Source of the DNA: Ferroplasma sp.
Lineage (GTDB): Archaea; Thermoplasmatota; Thermoplasmata; Thermoplasmatales; Thermoplasmataceae
NCBI GenBank assembly: GCA_038729085.1
Contig: JAVYST010000002.1
Location: forward strand, 3,216 to 67,215
Direction: 5' to 3'
Length of the DNA stretch: 64,000 nucleotides
In this document: piece after piece, positions 1 through 8,963 of the stretch
Position numbering within the stretch: position 1 is the first letter of the stretch
Layout of the letters: every line of letters begins with the position of its first letter
The notes under the pieces: generated by a model
What the model was told of the DNA's origin: nothing
Database searches by the model: none
Seen by the model: only the letters and a program-made list of their open reading frames with translations
Position numbers and translations under genes: made by a program

Positions 1-534
1 GATGCCATTATCGGATAATTTCTTTATTGCCTTCAATCGTGATTCTGGAGATGGAGCAAATGGCTCAATAAGTGCTGCTATTGAATTGTTAAGTGTTGTA
101 ACTGTTATTCCAATATCAATCATTTTTTTATACTTTATAAAAGTTTTAATGTCTTTAATAACCATGGGCGATTTTGTCTGGATAGTAACATGAAAACCGT
201 TGAGCGCAAGAAGCCTTATTCCCTCGCCGGCCAATCCATATTTCCTTTCTATGAACTGGTATGGATCTGTTATTGTAGAGATGCCAACAATTCCACGTTT
301 CAGCCCCGGCATTTCCTGTTTCAATTTTGTTATAATATTTGTTCTGGCATAAACTATATTTCCCCAGCTGGAAGATGCATCAGAAGGGGCCATATCAATT
401 GCATAACAGTAACGGCAACCATGAAAACAGCCAAGATATGGATTATATGCATAATCTAATTCCTTCATGCCAGATTTTCCAAGGGCATGCTTTGCCTCAA
501 TTTCCCTTATTTCTATATTTCTTGGCATATGCAT
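1..534 (-). CDS. radical SAM protein, SplB / DNA-repair-photolyase-like (COG1533 type); partial, runs off window start
   Basis: Absent from the ORF track because it has no stop in the window. My reverse-complement translation from ATG 534 (or 528) reads MHMPRNIEIREIEAKHALGKSGMKELDYAYNPYLGCFHGCRYCYA...ISTITDPYQFIERKYG...TIQTKSPMVIKD...EPFAPSPESRLKAIKKLSDNGI and stays open to base 1 (178 codons). It has the CxxxCxxC motif and the family-typical NPY.GC.H.C.YCYA, TDPYQ and EP..P..RL blocks. Confidence 0.7.
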   Translation of the reverse strand, partial: MHMPRNIEIREIEAKHALGKSGMKELDYAYNPYLGCFHGCRYCYAIDMAPSDASSSWGNIVYARTNIITKLKQEMPGLKRGIVGISTITDPYQFIERKYGLAGEGIRLLALNGFHVTIQTKSPMVIKDIKTFIKYKKMIDIGITVTTLNNSIAALIEPFAPSPESRLKAIKKLSDNGI

Positions 535-1778
535 CAATAATTATCCAGATTTGATTCAAGGTATTTGACATTGTTGGATTTTGCCTTCCATTTGCCAATA
601 TCAACCTTTGTAAATTTGCCCACATAAGCAATAGCATCATAAATTGTATCAAATTTATGCGGTTCAGATTTCAACAGCTCCCTTACATTTTCCCTTACAA
701 ACCAGACTCCAATTGGAAGATTAAAACCAGGATAAATTTCCCGCCAGAGTATTGCAGAACCGGTTCTCCTTAAATTTTCAAATTTTTCCGCAACTGCAAG
801 CCTTGATGAATAATAGCAGCCGCCAATATCTGGATATGTTTTTCTTCCATGATAGCCCTCATAATCAAGTTCCAGTTCTACATTGCTCCCAAAATTATTC
901 CATGTACTTCCGGGAAACCATGATTCACCCCATTCAAACATCCAGTTGCCAGGGCAGAGTATAGCTATGAATAGATTGCCATCCACACTTCGAATGAAAA
1001 CAAGAAACTGGTCAATATCACGATAATCCTTAATTCTGTCAACCATATAATCAGAAACAGATTTGTCCGATGCAGTTATTGACCATCTTGTTGGCACAAT
1101 TTTTCTTTTCCTGCCTGTGCCAAGTGAGCCAATACTCAGGGCCTTTGATATTCCATTTATGCCAATGCCGCTCTTATATAAATCTATAATTCCATCAGAT
1201 GCTTTCAGATCACGGTCGTAAAGGGTTTTCTCCATTCTCCTGTCTGGCTTGATATTTCCATAAGATATTTTTGAAAGTGGCGATGATGGGCCCATAGGTG
1301 TAATATTTTCGTCAAGGACCATATCTGTATTAAAATGCCGGGTTACCTCCATTTCCACATCCACGGGCATGGAAGATAAAGAGGCTAGCTGGATATCCTG
1401 AAGCCTGTAATCTGGATTTGCTGCACTTTCAATATTAAATTTCAGGCCACCGCGAAGAAGGGAAAGCCGGGTTGATAAAAAATCATTCATGCCCATGGAA
1501 AGCCATTTCTTTTCATCTTCAAAATACGAAGTATCGCCAGTATACGGTGGCGTTGAGGGATAAACTGTAATTTTTGGATAGCCATACCTGCCTACAAAAA
1601 TTGAAGGAGGTGTTGTCCCATTGATTTTTGTACCTGTGAATGAATATATTTTTTTTACAGTTCCTGTTACAGATACAGGGCAGTATGAGAGCCCACACAA
1701 CATCTTTGCTCCACGGCAACGTACGCATAATGAGGGCGGAATTTTAACCAGTTTTTTTGGCATAATATTCATAACCAT
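534..1778 (-). CDS. nreA: archaeal Nre-family DNA repair protein (NreA-like, DUF650/DUF651)
   Basis: 414-aa ORF with N-terminal Cys cluster CVRCRGAKMLCGLSYCP. Size and layout match archaeal Nre proteins as I recall them. Its stop TGA (536-534) overlaps the ATG (534-532) of the downstream radical SAM gene. Confidence 0.6.
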   Translation of the reverse strand: MVMNIMPKKLVKIPPSLCVRCRGAKMLCGLSYCPVSVTGTVKKIYSFTGTKINGTTPPSIFVGRYGYPKITVYPSTPPYTGDTSYFEDEKKWLSMGMNDFLSTRLSLLRGGLKFNIESAANPDYRLQDIQLASLSSMPVDVEMEVTRHFNTDMVLDENITPMGPSSPLSKISYGNIKPDRRMEKTLYDRDLKASDGIIDLYKSGIGINGISKALSIGSLGTGRKRKIVPTRWSITASDKSVSDYMVDRIKDYRDIDQFLVFIRSVDGNLFIAILCPGNWMFEWGESWFPGSTWNNFGSNVELELDYEGYHGRKTYPDIGGCYYSSRLAVAEKFENLRRTGSAILWREIYPGFNLPIGVWFVRENVRELLKSEPHKFDTIYDAIAYVGKFTKVDIGKWKAKSNNVKYLESNLDNY

Positions 1779-1810
1779 GGCATATATTTAAATTATCCTG
1801 AATAGAAATT

Positions 1811-2485
1811 TTATTCATCCTTCAATGTTATTTCTACAACACATTTATTGTCTCCATCTGGAAAATTTTCCATTAGCTTAAAATTGTTGCTCAATGAATC
1901 ATGCAGCATTGATTTCTCAAGAGATCCACATACAATATCCTTATTGTTTTTAGCCAGCTCATAAAATACGCAGTTATGCCTGACTATTTTTACAGTATCT
2001 TCATCAACCTCAACTTTTGCATAATATCCCAATTTATTCAATATGCCAACATATTGGTTAATTTTTTCAATTTTATGTTCTCTTGAAAGCGATTTCAATG
2101 ACATATCATCAGGCGTAATATTGTGGATCATCTTGTCTGCTATCTTCATCAAAATTTTATTCAGTTTAGGTGTTCCTATCTCGCTTTCAATTTCCTGCAA
2201 AAGCATTGATGAAAAGTTAATATACTGTTTTGGAAAAATCTGCATGCCCTCCTTTGTTAACTTATAATATTTTTTAGGCCTTCCGGCTTTTGCCTTTACA
2301 AAGTAAGAAGCAACAAGATTATGCAGCTCTAAATATTCAATATGTTCCTTTACTGCATTTTTATTAATTTTCATGAGAATAGATAACTGGTCAAGAGTTT
2401 TATCATCAAATAGAAGTGAATTTAATATGGCACTTTTACTGCTGCCCAGATAGTCATTTATAATTTCATCCATACAACCACTCAT
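1811..2485 (-). CDS. winged-helix transcriptional regulator, ArsR/COG2345 (SufR-like) with C-terminal Cys motif
   Basis: 224 aa. HTH segment ...NAVKEHIEYLELHNLVASYFVKAKAGRPKKYYKLTKEG (the GRPxxxYxLTxxG signature of COG2345). C-terminal Cys spacing is C-x13-C-x28-C. Divergent from sufC. Confidence 0.6.
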   Translation of the reverse strand: MSGCMDEIINDYLGSSKSAILNSLLFDDKTLDQLSILMKINKNAVKEHIEYLELHNLVASYFVKAKAGRPKKYYKLTKEGMQIFPKQYINFSSMLLQEIESEIGTPKLNKILMKIADKMIHNITPDDMSLKSLSREHKIEKINQYVGILNKLGYYAKVEVDEDTVKIVRHNCVFYELAKNNKDIVCGSLEKSMLHDSLSNNFKLMENFPDGDNKCVVEITLKDE

Positions 2486-2547
2486 ATATATTCATAACTT
2501 ATATTTATATTTATATGTACTTTAGTTACTTTATACATTATAAAATG

Positions 2548-2555
2548 TTTAAATA
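2548..2555 (+). promoter_or_regulatory. candidate TATA box of the suf operon (TTTAAATA), ending 22 nt before the sufC ATG
   Basis: AT-rich octamer 2548-2555 and sufC ATG at 2577. No Shine-Dalgarno sequence lies between them, which suggests a leaderless or near-leaderless first gene. Confidence 0.4.
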
Positions 2556-2576
2556 CCAATTTGCAATGATATTGTA

Positions 2577-3320
2577 ATGGTTAATACAGTACTTGAAGTT
2601 AAAAATTTACATGCAGAGGTAGAAGGCAAGGAAATACTGAAAGGAGTAAACCTTACCATAAATTCAGGAGAAATACATGCATTGATGGGGCCTAATGGTG
2701 CAGGAAAAAGTACTCTTGGGGAAGTTCTCATCGGCCATCCAAATTATAAGGTTACAGAAGGAAATATACTTATAAATGGGAAGGACATAACAGGTGCAGC
2801 TCCTGAAGACAGGGCAAAAGCTGGCCTGTTCCTGGCATTTCAGAATCCAATAACTGTCAGCGGTGTAAAGATTTCAACATTTTTAAGGACAGCATATAAT
2901 AATTTATATCCTGATAAGAAAATGCCCCTAAAAGATTTCTTTGACCTGGTTAAGGAAGTTATGCATGATGTTGGCATGAATGAATCTTTTATCACCAGAT
3001 ATATAAATGACGGTTTCTCTGGGGGAGAAAGAAAGAGATTTGAGGTACTTCAGATGGTTATATTGAAGCCTAAAATAGTTATTCTGGATGAAATAGACTC
3101 TGGACTTGATGTCGATGCATTAAAACTTGTATCAGCAGAAATAAAAAAAATGTATAATGAACATGTAGGTTTTCTGATAATTACACATTACCAGAGAATT
3201 TTAAGGGATATAGATCCTGAATTTGTCCATGTATTAAAAGATGGAAAAATTGTCATGAATGGGAACAATAGCATATCCAAAAGAATAGAAACCGATGGGT
3301 ATGACTGGATAAAGGAGTGA
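2577..3320 (+). CDS. sufC: Fe-S cluster assembly ATPase SufC
   Basis: 247 aa. Walker A GPNGAGKST, ABC signature FSGGERKR, Walker B ILDEIDSGLD. Followed by sufB and sufD. Confidence 0.95.
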   Translation: MVNTVLEVKNLHAEVEGKEILKGVNLTINSGEIHALMGPNGAGKSTLGEVLIGHPNYKVTEGNILINGKDITGAAPEDRAKAGLFLAFQNPITVSGVKISTFLRTAYNNLYPDKKMPLKDFFDLVKEVMHDVGMNESFITRYINDGFSGGERKRFEVLQMVILKPKIVILDEIDSGLDVDALKLVSAEIKKMYNEHVGFLIITHYQRILRDIDPEFVHVLKDGKIVMNGNNSISKRIETDGYDWIKE

Positions 3321-3325
3321 TAAAA

Positions 3326-4765
3326 ATGGAAGATTACAGCAAGGATGAGGAAATAGAAAAATTAACGGAAAGCCTGAAACACAATAATAAGTCAGATTAC
3401 GAATTTCACGATAGGATAAATCCAGTATATTCAACTGGAATAGGCCTCAATAAAAAAATCGTAGAAGAAATATCAGATATTAAAAAAGAACCTGACTGGA
3501 TGAGAAGAAGCAGGTTAAAAGCACTCGAAATATTTCTATCAAAGCCACTCCCAACATGGGGGCCTGACCTTTCTGGAATTGAGTTTGATAAACTTACATA
3601 CTATACAAAACCTGGTGAATCAAAAGCCAAAAACTGGGAAGATGTGCCGGATAAGATAAAGGATACTTTCAATAAACTTGGAATTCCCCAGATGGAACAG
3701 AAATATCTTGCAGGATCTGTAGCACAGTATGATTCTGAGGGAGTTTATGGCAGCCTCAGAAAGGAATGGGAAGATAAAGGCGTCATATTTACCGATCTTG
3801 ATACAGCAATACAGGAACACCCAGACCTTGTAAAGGATTATTACTGCAAAGCAATTCCAGCAAGCGATAATAAGTTTGCAGCATTAAATGGAGCAGTCTG
3901 GTCAGGCGGATCTTTTCTGTATGTTCCAAGGGATGTACATATAGATATGCCTTTACAGACATATTTCCGTTTGAATGGTGAGCAAAGTGGACAGTTCGAA
4001 CATACAATAGTTGTGGCAGATGAGGGTGCGAAAGTCCATTATATCGAAGGCTGCACTGCACCAAAGTACAATACAAGCTCATTGCATACAGCCATTGTGG
4101 AAATATATGCAAGGAAGAACTCGGATGTAAAATACACAAGTGTCCAGAACTGGTCAGATTCGGTTTATAATCTTCCTGTGAAGAGAGCATGGGTAGATGA
4201 AAATGCACATATGGATTGGGTAACTGGTGAACTCGGGTCTAAAGTTACAATGATTTATCCATCATCATATCTCAGGGGGAGATTTGCATCCACATCTAAC
4301 CTTCAGATAACGTTGGCAACGAAGGGCACATTCAAGGATGCTGGAGGAAAAGCTCTTCACCTGGCACCTGATACAACGTCGAGAATTGTATCAAAGTCAA
4401 TAAGCCTTGATGATGGTTTAACAGCATACCGTGGCCTTGTAAGGATGAATGAAGGTGCAAAACGTGCCAGAAGCCATGTACAGTGTGATGCCTTGCTTAT
4501 TAACAGTGAGTCTAAAAACTATACATATCCTTACGATGAGATATATGAGCCAACTGCTGAATTCAGCCATGAAGCAACTGTTGGAAAGATTGGAACCGAC
4601 GAACTTACCTATCTGCGGTCCAGAGGCCTGAGCGAGGATGAAGCATCATCTATGATTGTCCTTGGCTTTATGGATGATATAATGAAGGAAATACCCATGG
4701 AATTTGCTGTTGAGATGAACAGGCTTGTTAAGCTCGAAATGTCCAAAATGGGTGCAGTAGGATAA
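3326..4765 (+). CDS. sufB: Fe-S cluster assembly scaffold SufB
   Basis: Track ORF starts at GTG 3317, overlapping the sufC stop. I prefer ATG 3326, which lies 8 nt after AGGAG (3313-3317). Typical SufB blocks are present: FRLNGEQSGQFEHT, HYIEGCTAP, C-terminal GFMDDI. Confidence 0.93.
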   Translation: MEDYSKDEEIEKLTESLKHNNKSDYEFHDRINPVYSTGIGLNKKIVEEISDIKKEPDWMRRSRLKALEIFLSKPLPTWGPDLSGIEFDKLTYYTKPGESKAKNWEDVPDKIKDTFNKLGIPQMEQKYLAGSVAQYDSEGVYGSLRKEWEDKGVIFTDLDTAIQEHPDLVKDYYCKAIPASDNKFAALNGAVWSGGSFLYVPRDVHIDMPLQTYFRLNGEQSGQFEHTIVVADEGAKVHYIEGCTAPKYNTSSLHTAIVEIYARKNSDVKYTSVQNWSDSVYNLPVKRAWVDENAHMDWVTGELGSKVTMIYPSSYLRGRFASTSNLQITLATKGTFKDAGGKALHLAPDTTSRIVSKSISLDDGLTAYRGLVRMNEGAKRARSHVQCDALLINSESKNYTYPYDEIYEPTAEFSHEATVGKIGTDELTYLRSRGLSEDEASSMIVLGFMDDIMKEIPMEFAVEMNRLVKLEMSKMGAVG

Positions 4766-4791
4766 ATTTATATTTATTTTAGGTGATTATA

Positions 4792-6009
4792 ATGATTGAA
4801 AATTATTTAGACACAATTAACAGGAGATTTAAGGAGTTTGATATTGAATACAGGAAACAGGCTTATATAAATTATCTGAAGTATCCTGAACCGCCGTACA
4901 AGGAAAGCCCTGACAGAAAGGAATATGTACATATAACAGGTGAGGAACTTGACAGAATGGCTTATGGTGAATTATCTGTTTCAATTAAAAAAGAAATAAA
5001 GAACGATGTTGGCTATGACCTTACAGTCACTGATTCAGATTTTATCATAAAGGGAAATAAAAAAGATGTTTATATATCTGACATGAAAAAAGCATTTATT
5101 GAAAAGAATGAACTTTTTAAAAAATATGCCGATACAGAATTGGGGCGATACAACAGAGAATATCTGATAAATTTTTCATATGAAAATGGTTATTTTATCT
5201 ATATTCCAGATAATACAACAACTGAAATTAGAATAAATTCCATTCAGGATTCCAATTCATCATTTTCTTTCAAGAATGTTATTATAGCCGGAAAAAACTC
5301 GAAAGTTGAGATTACAGACATATATGAAAAGAACGGAAATGGAAATGGAGTGCATGGAAGAAATATATATTTATTCTGCGAAGAAAATTCCTCAGTAAAT
5401 TACAATTATATCCAGAATGAGGGAACAGATACTGTCAATCTTACCTATGTAAGGCCTGTTCTTTATAAAGATGCTGCGATACGCATTATTGATGTTAATG
5501 CAGGATCAAAAAAGGTATTTTACAATCATGAAAGCATAATGCATGATAATACCAGCATGCATTCATACGGCATCAATATATCACGGGGTGGCCAGGAAAT
5601 GGATATATGGGATTCAAGCCTCCAGTATGGGAAATATTCAAATTGCGAGATAACAATAAAGGGAATTGTATTTGACCATAGCTCAACCATGCATCGCGGA
5701 AATATAGACATGGAACCTGAAGCGGTTAAATCATCCGGTTTTTACGGCTCTGCAATACTTCTCATGTCGGAAAATGGGAAGGGCAATTCCAAGCCCGCAT
5801 TATTAATTAAAAATAATGATACAAAATCGAAACATTCATCCTCAATATCCAGTATAGATCCTGAACAGATATTTTACCTTCGATCCAGGGGATTATCAGA
5901 AAACGATGCAAAAACACTCATAATAAATGGATTTGTAGGATATGTAGAAGATGTAACAGAAAATAAATTCTTTAAAAATAAAGTTTCAGAACTTCTAAAA
6001 TTAAATTAA
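4792..6009 (+). CDS. sufD: Fe-S cluster assembly protein SufD
   Basis: Track ORF starts at GTG 4783. ATG 4792 lies 5 nt after GGTGA (4782-4786). C-terminal SufB/D beta-helix region and the FYLRSRGLSENDAKTLIINGF motif parallel SufB. Confidence 0.85.
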   Translation: MIENYLDTINRRFKEFDIEYRKQAYINYLKYPEPPYKESPDRKEYVHITGEELDRMAYGELSVSIKKEIKNDVGYDLTVTDSDFIIKGNKKDVYISDMKKAFIEKNELFKKYADTELGRYNREYLINFSYENGYFIYIPDNTTTEIRINSIQDSNSSFSFKNVIIAGKNSKVEITDIYEKNGNGNGVHGRNIYLFCEENSSVNYNYIQNEGTDTVNLTYVRPVLYKDAAIRIIDVNAGSKKVFYNHESIMHDNTSMHSYGINISRGGQEMDIWDSSLQYGKYSNCEITIKGIVFDHSSTMHRGNIDMEPEAVKSSGFYGSAILLMSENGKGNSKPALLIKNNDTKSKHSSSISSIDPEQIFYLRSRGLSENDAKTLIINGFVGYVEDVTENKFFKNKVSELLKLN

Positions 6010-6019
6010 TTATTTGTGG

Positions 6020-7042
6020 TTAAATTGCTTTTTTTGATGAAAATTTAATATAATCTATTGTAGCATCTATTATTCTGCTTTTTACCATTGCCGGGCTTCT
6101 CCATTTGAACAGCGAAGGCTCAAGGTAGCATGCAAGTGCACATTTATTGCAGCTTCTGTATGGTTCCCAGTTATAAGAATTCCAGGCCTTTTTTATATCT
6201 ATATCCCAGATGTAATTTGATCCGGAATATTCATTTATTATATAACATGGAGTGACAACCCTTCCCTGAGGATCTATATTTATGGTAAGCCATGGCCTGC
6301 ATTCCCATTTTATGCCCTCAAACCATGATTTTTTTATTGATTCAAAATATTCCAACGTATTCATTATTTGCATACCGCTCTTCTTCTGGTCTATTAAGTA
6401 ATTAATTGCATCAAGCAGTTTATCTTTATCAGGTGAAATTTTTTCTGCGGTAGAATAATCATATTCTATCTGAAAATTAACACTTATATCATTCTGGTTA
6501 GCAATATCAATAAAATCGCTGACATTGCTGATATTATCCCTCGTTATTGTAGAACTCATTGCTAGTGGGACATAATTATGGGCTTTTTTAATACTTCTTA
6601 TAGCATGCTCATATGATCCGGAAACCCCTCGCATATTATCATGTATTTCCTTTCTGCCGTCAATGGATACAAAGAGAAAATCCAGATACTTTGCTATAGA
6701 ATCTATTTTTTTGTCAAGAAGCCACCCATTTGTAACCATTGATGTGTGAAACCTTTTATGGCTTTCCATGAGTATATCAGCAATATCATGCCTTAGCAAG
6801 GGCTCGCCACCCTCAAAGCCAAGGTATGAAACACCACCTTCCACAAGCTTATCCATCATCAATATTTCCTGCCTTAAATCTAAAAGTGATTCGTCCTGCC
6901 TTCTCCAGAAAGGGCACATTTTACACCTCAAATTGCATTCATACAATAATTTATGCCCTGCGATAGTTGGAAGCTTTGGGTTCCTCACTCTGGACATATT
7001 TCTCTTTATTGATCTTAAAACCACAGCCTTGTATACAGACAT
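6020..7042 (-). CDS. radical SAM protein with C-terminal Cys-rich (SPASM/twitch-like) extension, function unknown
   Basis: 340 aa. CNLRCKMCPF (CxxxCxxC), a GGEPLL SAM-binding block, and C-terminal extra Cys residues (WECRPW, TPCY, CNKCALAC). Confidence 0.8.
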   Translation of the reverse strand: MSVYKAVVLRSIKRNMSRVRNPKLPTIAGHKLLYECNLRCKMCPFWRRQDESLLDLRQEILMMDKLVEGGVSYLGFEGGEPLLRHDIADILMESHKRFHTSMVTNGWLLDKKIDSIAKYLDFLFVSIDGRKEIHDNMRGVSGSYEHAIRSIKKAHNYVPLAMSSTITRDNISNVSDFIDIANQNDISVNFQIEYDYSTAEKISPDKDKLLDAINYLIDQKKSGMQIMNTLEYFESIKKSWFEGIKWECRPWLTINIDPQGRVVTPCYIINEYSGSNYIWDIDIKKAWNSYNWEPYRSCNKCALACYLEPSLFKWRSPAMVKSRIIDATIDYIKFSSKKAI

Positions 7043-7084
7043 TCAAATCACTATATACCAATTGATAAAGGTATATAATACTAT

Positions 7085-8713
7085 TTAAATTGGGCCATCT
7101 TTATATGAAGTGGCTGCTGATTGCTTTCTCTCTTTGATTTTGGTTTCAAGGCCAGCCTTTCCGATCCACATAATTGATTTAAGAAATCCTGCTGCAGAGT
7201 TCAGATCAATGTTTGAGAACCGCTTAGAGCTTTCTCCATGCGTCTCTGAAAGCTGTTTAAATATATTATCAAGGTGGGAGAATATGGTTCCAGTCATATA
7301 CCTCACAAGAACTTTGAGCAGCGGATTCATTTGGCCAGCCATAACTGGTATTATCTCTCTGATAGTTTTAAAATCGTATTTCCAGCTTATGTACAGGAGT
7401 TCCCAGTACTTTGATGGGAGGCCTTCCATATATGGGAATGGATCATTATGTATATGTGATGATGTCATGGGTATAACAGGCAGGGGAAATATGAAGGCCC
7501 TGTAATTGTTGTCTATTATGGAATCAACAATATCTATGCTTTCATCCACATCACTGTCTTTTTCATCCTGAAAACCTATTGTCATTGTATAACATGGGAA
7601 TATTGAAGCCTCATTCATTATAGGTGTTGCCTTATTTATCACTGTTTTCCAGTCTTCTGGCTTCCATGGATATGGTTTGGCATTCATGTATTTCTCCATT
7701 ATTCTTGTTGATCCAGTTTCAAGCCCAACAACTGGAGCTTCTGCACCATATTCCTTGAGCCCGGCAATCTCTGAAATTGCCATAACCGTCTCAGGTGCTG
7801 TCAGCACGGCTGGAGCTGATATATGTGGGAATGTTATGTATCTTGCCCCAAGTTTTTTCACACCTGAAAATAATTCTACCAGGGCATCATGGTTTACCTT
7901 CAATTTTTTCTGGCCATACAGCAGAATATCATCGGTGATCAGTTCTATATCTCTGAAACCTGCATTTAATTCTATTCTGGTTTCTTCCAGCACATTATCA
8001 AGCGGTATTGTCCTGTATGTTTCCGGTGTTATTGAACAGAACTGGCATCCCCTGGGGCATCCACGCGTTACCTGCACTTCGCCGAATCTTGCACCCTTTA
8101 TAATTGTAGGTATTTCTTCAACCTTTGGCATTCTTCCCATGACATCTGAAGGCAACTTTTCGCCAGCTATTGCCTTTTTGGCAAGCAGAGGAAAATCTAC
8201 CTCTGCTTCCCCGTTGAACAATGTGTCCACATATGCCGGCCTCCTGAGGCCTAACTGCCAAACAGCAGGCCCCCCAACTATGACTTTGAAACCATATTTC
8301 TCCTTAAGGGCCTCTACCTTCTGTTCCAGCCTTTCATAAAATATTGAAGTCCAGCTTTTTTGGCCGCCAAAAAGCATTGTCAATTTAAATGTCACAGGGC
8401 TCAGGCCATAGGGATCATGGACATTGATTCCAAGGACTTTTGTATTGCTGTCAATATACTTTTCCATATCCTCTGGCGGTGTTATCTTCACGCCGGTTAT
8501 ACCAGCATGCACAAGAGCTGCTTCAAGTTTTCTCAGTGCATATGGAGCTATTCCAGTTTCGCCATGCCTCATTTTTGCCTCAGGTGTGAATATATTGTTC
8601 ATCAATGTTTCAGGCACTATATTGTATGGCAGGCAGGCTACATAACCCAGTGTTGAAACTCCACCGTAGTTTGAGAATGTTCCTCTATCCGAAGTTAAAA
8701 CAACAGTACTCAT
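7085..8713 (-). CDS. radical SAM protein with N-terminal B12-binding-like (Rossmann) domain, function unknown
   Basis: 542 aa. The motif VTRGCPRGCQFCS (CxxxCxxC) lies about 220 aa in. The N-terminal part resembles COG1032-type B12-binding/radical SAM enzymes. There are only 5 Cys in total. It sits 42 nt upstream of the 340-aa radical SAM gene on the same strand. Confidence 0.75.
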   Translation of the reverse strand: MSTVVLTSDRGTFSNYGGVSTLGYVACLPYNIVPETLMNNIFTPEAKMRHGETGIAPYALRKLEAALVHAGITGVKITPPEDMEKYIDSNTKVLGINVHDPYGLSPVTFKLTMLFGGQKSWTSIFYERLEQKVEALKEKYGFKVIVGGPAVWQLGLRRPAYVDTLFNGEAEVDFPLLAKKAIAGEKLPSDVMGRMPKVEEIPTIIKGARFGEVQVTRGCPRGCQFCSITPETYRTIPLDNVLEETRIELNAGFRDIELITDDILLYGQKKLKVNHDALVELFSGVKKLGARYITFPHISAPAVLTAPETVMAISEIAGLKEYGAEAPVVGLETGSTRIMEKYMNAKPYPWKPEDWKTVINKATPIMNEASIFPCYTMTIGFQDEKDSDVDESIDIVDSIIDNNYRAFIFPLPVIPMTSSHIHNDPFPYMEGLPSKYWELLYISWKYDFKTIREIIPVMAGQMNPLLKVLVRYMTGTIFSHLDNIFKQLSETHGESSKRFSNIDLNSAAGFLKSIMWIGKAGLETKIKERKQSAATSYKDGPI

Positions 8714-8963
8714 ATGTAATATAATATATGCTTTTATATAAACGTTTTAAAAAATAGAAAAAATATAAATCTTTTTCTTTTTAAAATTACGGGCATGGTG
8801 GCAAAGCATTATCATTGATATTATAATATTAATATTTTCTACCAGCCTGGCATTAAAACTTATCTTTTTTAACAGGTTCTTACACTTATTAATAATGGTA
8901 TATTTAAAAATGTTGAAAGATTATTACGGTGACATTTTTATAATTAGTTGGAATAACGTTTAA

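Noticed and set aside
2-554. Three plus-strand track ORFs (2-193, 190-459, 339-554)
   Set aside because: They are low-complexity and have no motifs. The opposite strand carries a continuous radical SAM (SplB-like) frame with strong family blocks, so these are shadow ORFs.
7677-8339. 220-aa antisense ORF (and 7110-7505, 8360-8656) opposite the 542-aa radical SAM gene
   Set aside because: It has no motifs and a Ser/Pro-rich composition. The sense strand has a clear radical SAM signature.
7085-8713. 542-aa radical SAM as tetraether synthase (Tes/GDGT-MAS)
   Set aside because: As I recall, that enzyme carries three [4Fe-4S] clusters plus a rubredoxin-like site. This protein has only five Cys in total, enough for the radical SAM cluster only. 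A Grs-like or other function remains open.
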